From: a virus
Taxonomy: Duplodnaviria; Caudoviricetes
IMG/VR virus record: IMGVR_UViG_3300008255_000007
Location: 20,153 to 84,152 of that record
Reading direction: 5' to 3' (one strand)
DNA: 64,000 nt
The translations under genes and the position numbers were made by a program. The first letter of the stretch is position 1; every line of letters starts with the position of its first letter. Below the pieces are notes generated by a model that searched no databases, was not told where the DNA came from, and worked only from the letters and a program-made list of their open reading frames with translations. Shown here piece after piece: positions 63,696 through 64,000 of the stretch.

Positions 63696-64000
63696 TTTAT
63701 CTTTCCTTTCTCTTTTAATAGAGCTAGCATTTTAATTTGCGCTCCATATAGATAAATAATTTCTTCGCTATAGTTAGCTCTATTTCCAATAATTTTATAA
63801 TTCTTTATCCAATATTCTAAATTATGCCCTTCACATCCTATTTTAAGATAGCCTTCATAATAAAATCCAAAGTGCTGTCCTAAATAAAATCCTATTACGC
63901 TTGTAAAAGACAAGTCAGCCCCAGTCAAGTTAGCCCCATACAAGTTAGCCCCAGACAAGTTAGCCTCAGACAAGTTAGCCTCAGACAAGTTAGCCCCATA
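63692..64000 (-). CDS. pentapeptide-repeat protein, 5'-truncated by the window edge
   Basis: (Y/S/T)(G/E)ANL repeats open to base 64000, then the common IGC..H...W domain. Confidence 0.85.
   Translation of the reverse strand, partial: YGANLSEANLSEANLSGANLYGANLTGADLSFTSVIGFYLGQHFGFYYEGYLKIGCEGHNLEYWIKNYKIIGNRANYSEEIIYLYGAQIKMLALLKEKGKIK
63910..64000 (-). repeat. 15-bp tandem repeat encoding the pentapeptides
   Basis: (c/t)agacaagttagcc(c/t)c units. Confidence 0.85.

Noticed and set aside
63910-64000. CRISPR-like or VNTR array
   Set aside because: The 15-bp units have no spacers and simply encode pentapeptide repeats.
1-64000. Stop-codon reassignment
   Set aside because: Genes tile densely under the standard code, TAG/TGA/TAA all end genes, and no suppressor tRNA is seen.

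Overview
This is a 64-kb slice of an AT-rich tailed dsDNA phage genome with podovirus-like architecture. It is cut inside the portal gene on the left and inside a pentapeptide-repeat gene on the right. From 1 to 35 kb, mostly on the + strand, is the virion and lysis region: portal, scaffold, major capsid, a free-standing NUMOD3-HNH endonuclease, an M15 endolysin, fibres, adaptor, nozzle, four ejection-type proteins and a long array of paralogous decoration/fibre genes. From 35 to 47 kb (- strand) lie a sugar-modification cluster, a two-ligase RNA-repair cluster, RuvC, ClpP, a metallophosphoesterase and RecA. From 47 to 58 kb (+ strand) lie a Cas4-like nuclease, an ERF annealase, an AEP primase-helicase, a family A DNA polymerase, glycosyltransferases, an AAA ATPase and a C5-MTase-like gene. 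From 58 to 64 kb (- strand) are small early-type genes. No integrase, terminase, canonical tRNA or CRISPR array is visible. The best non-annotated signals are: (1) a promoter-driven 134-nt tRNA-shaped RNA whose anticodon arm is replaced by a pseudoknotted domain (4588-4721); (2) two further promoter-driven structured RNAs (8740-9017); (3) at least 11 sigma70-type promoters placed so that transcription starts at the ATG (leaderless), including an interlocked divergent pair whose -35 boxes overlap each other's start codons; (4) a recurring AACAA(A/C)T motif heading late operons; (5) a recoded 3' end of the capsid gene next to the HNH. All protein calls come from motif recognition by eye, not database searches, and several starts are corrected relative to the ORF track.
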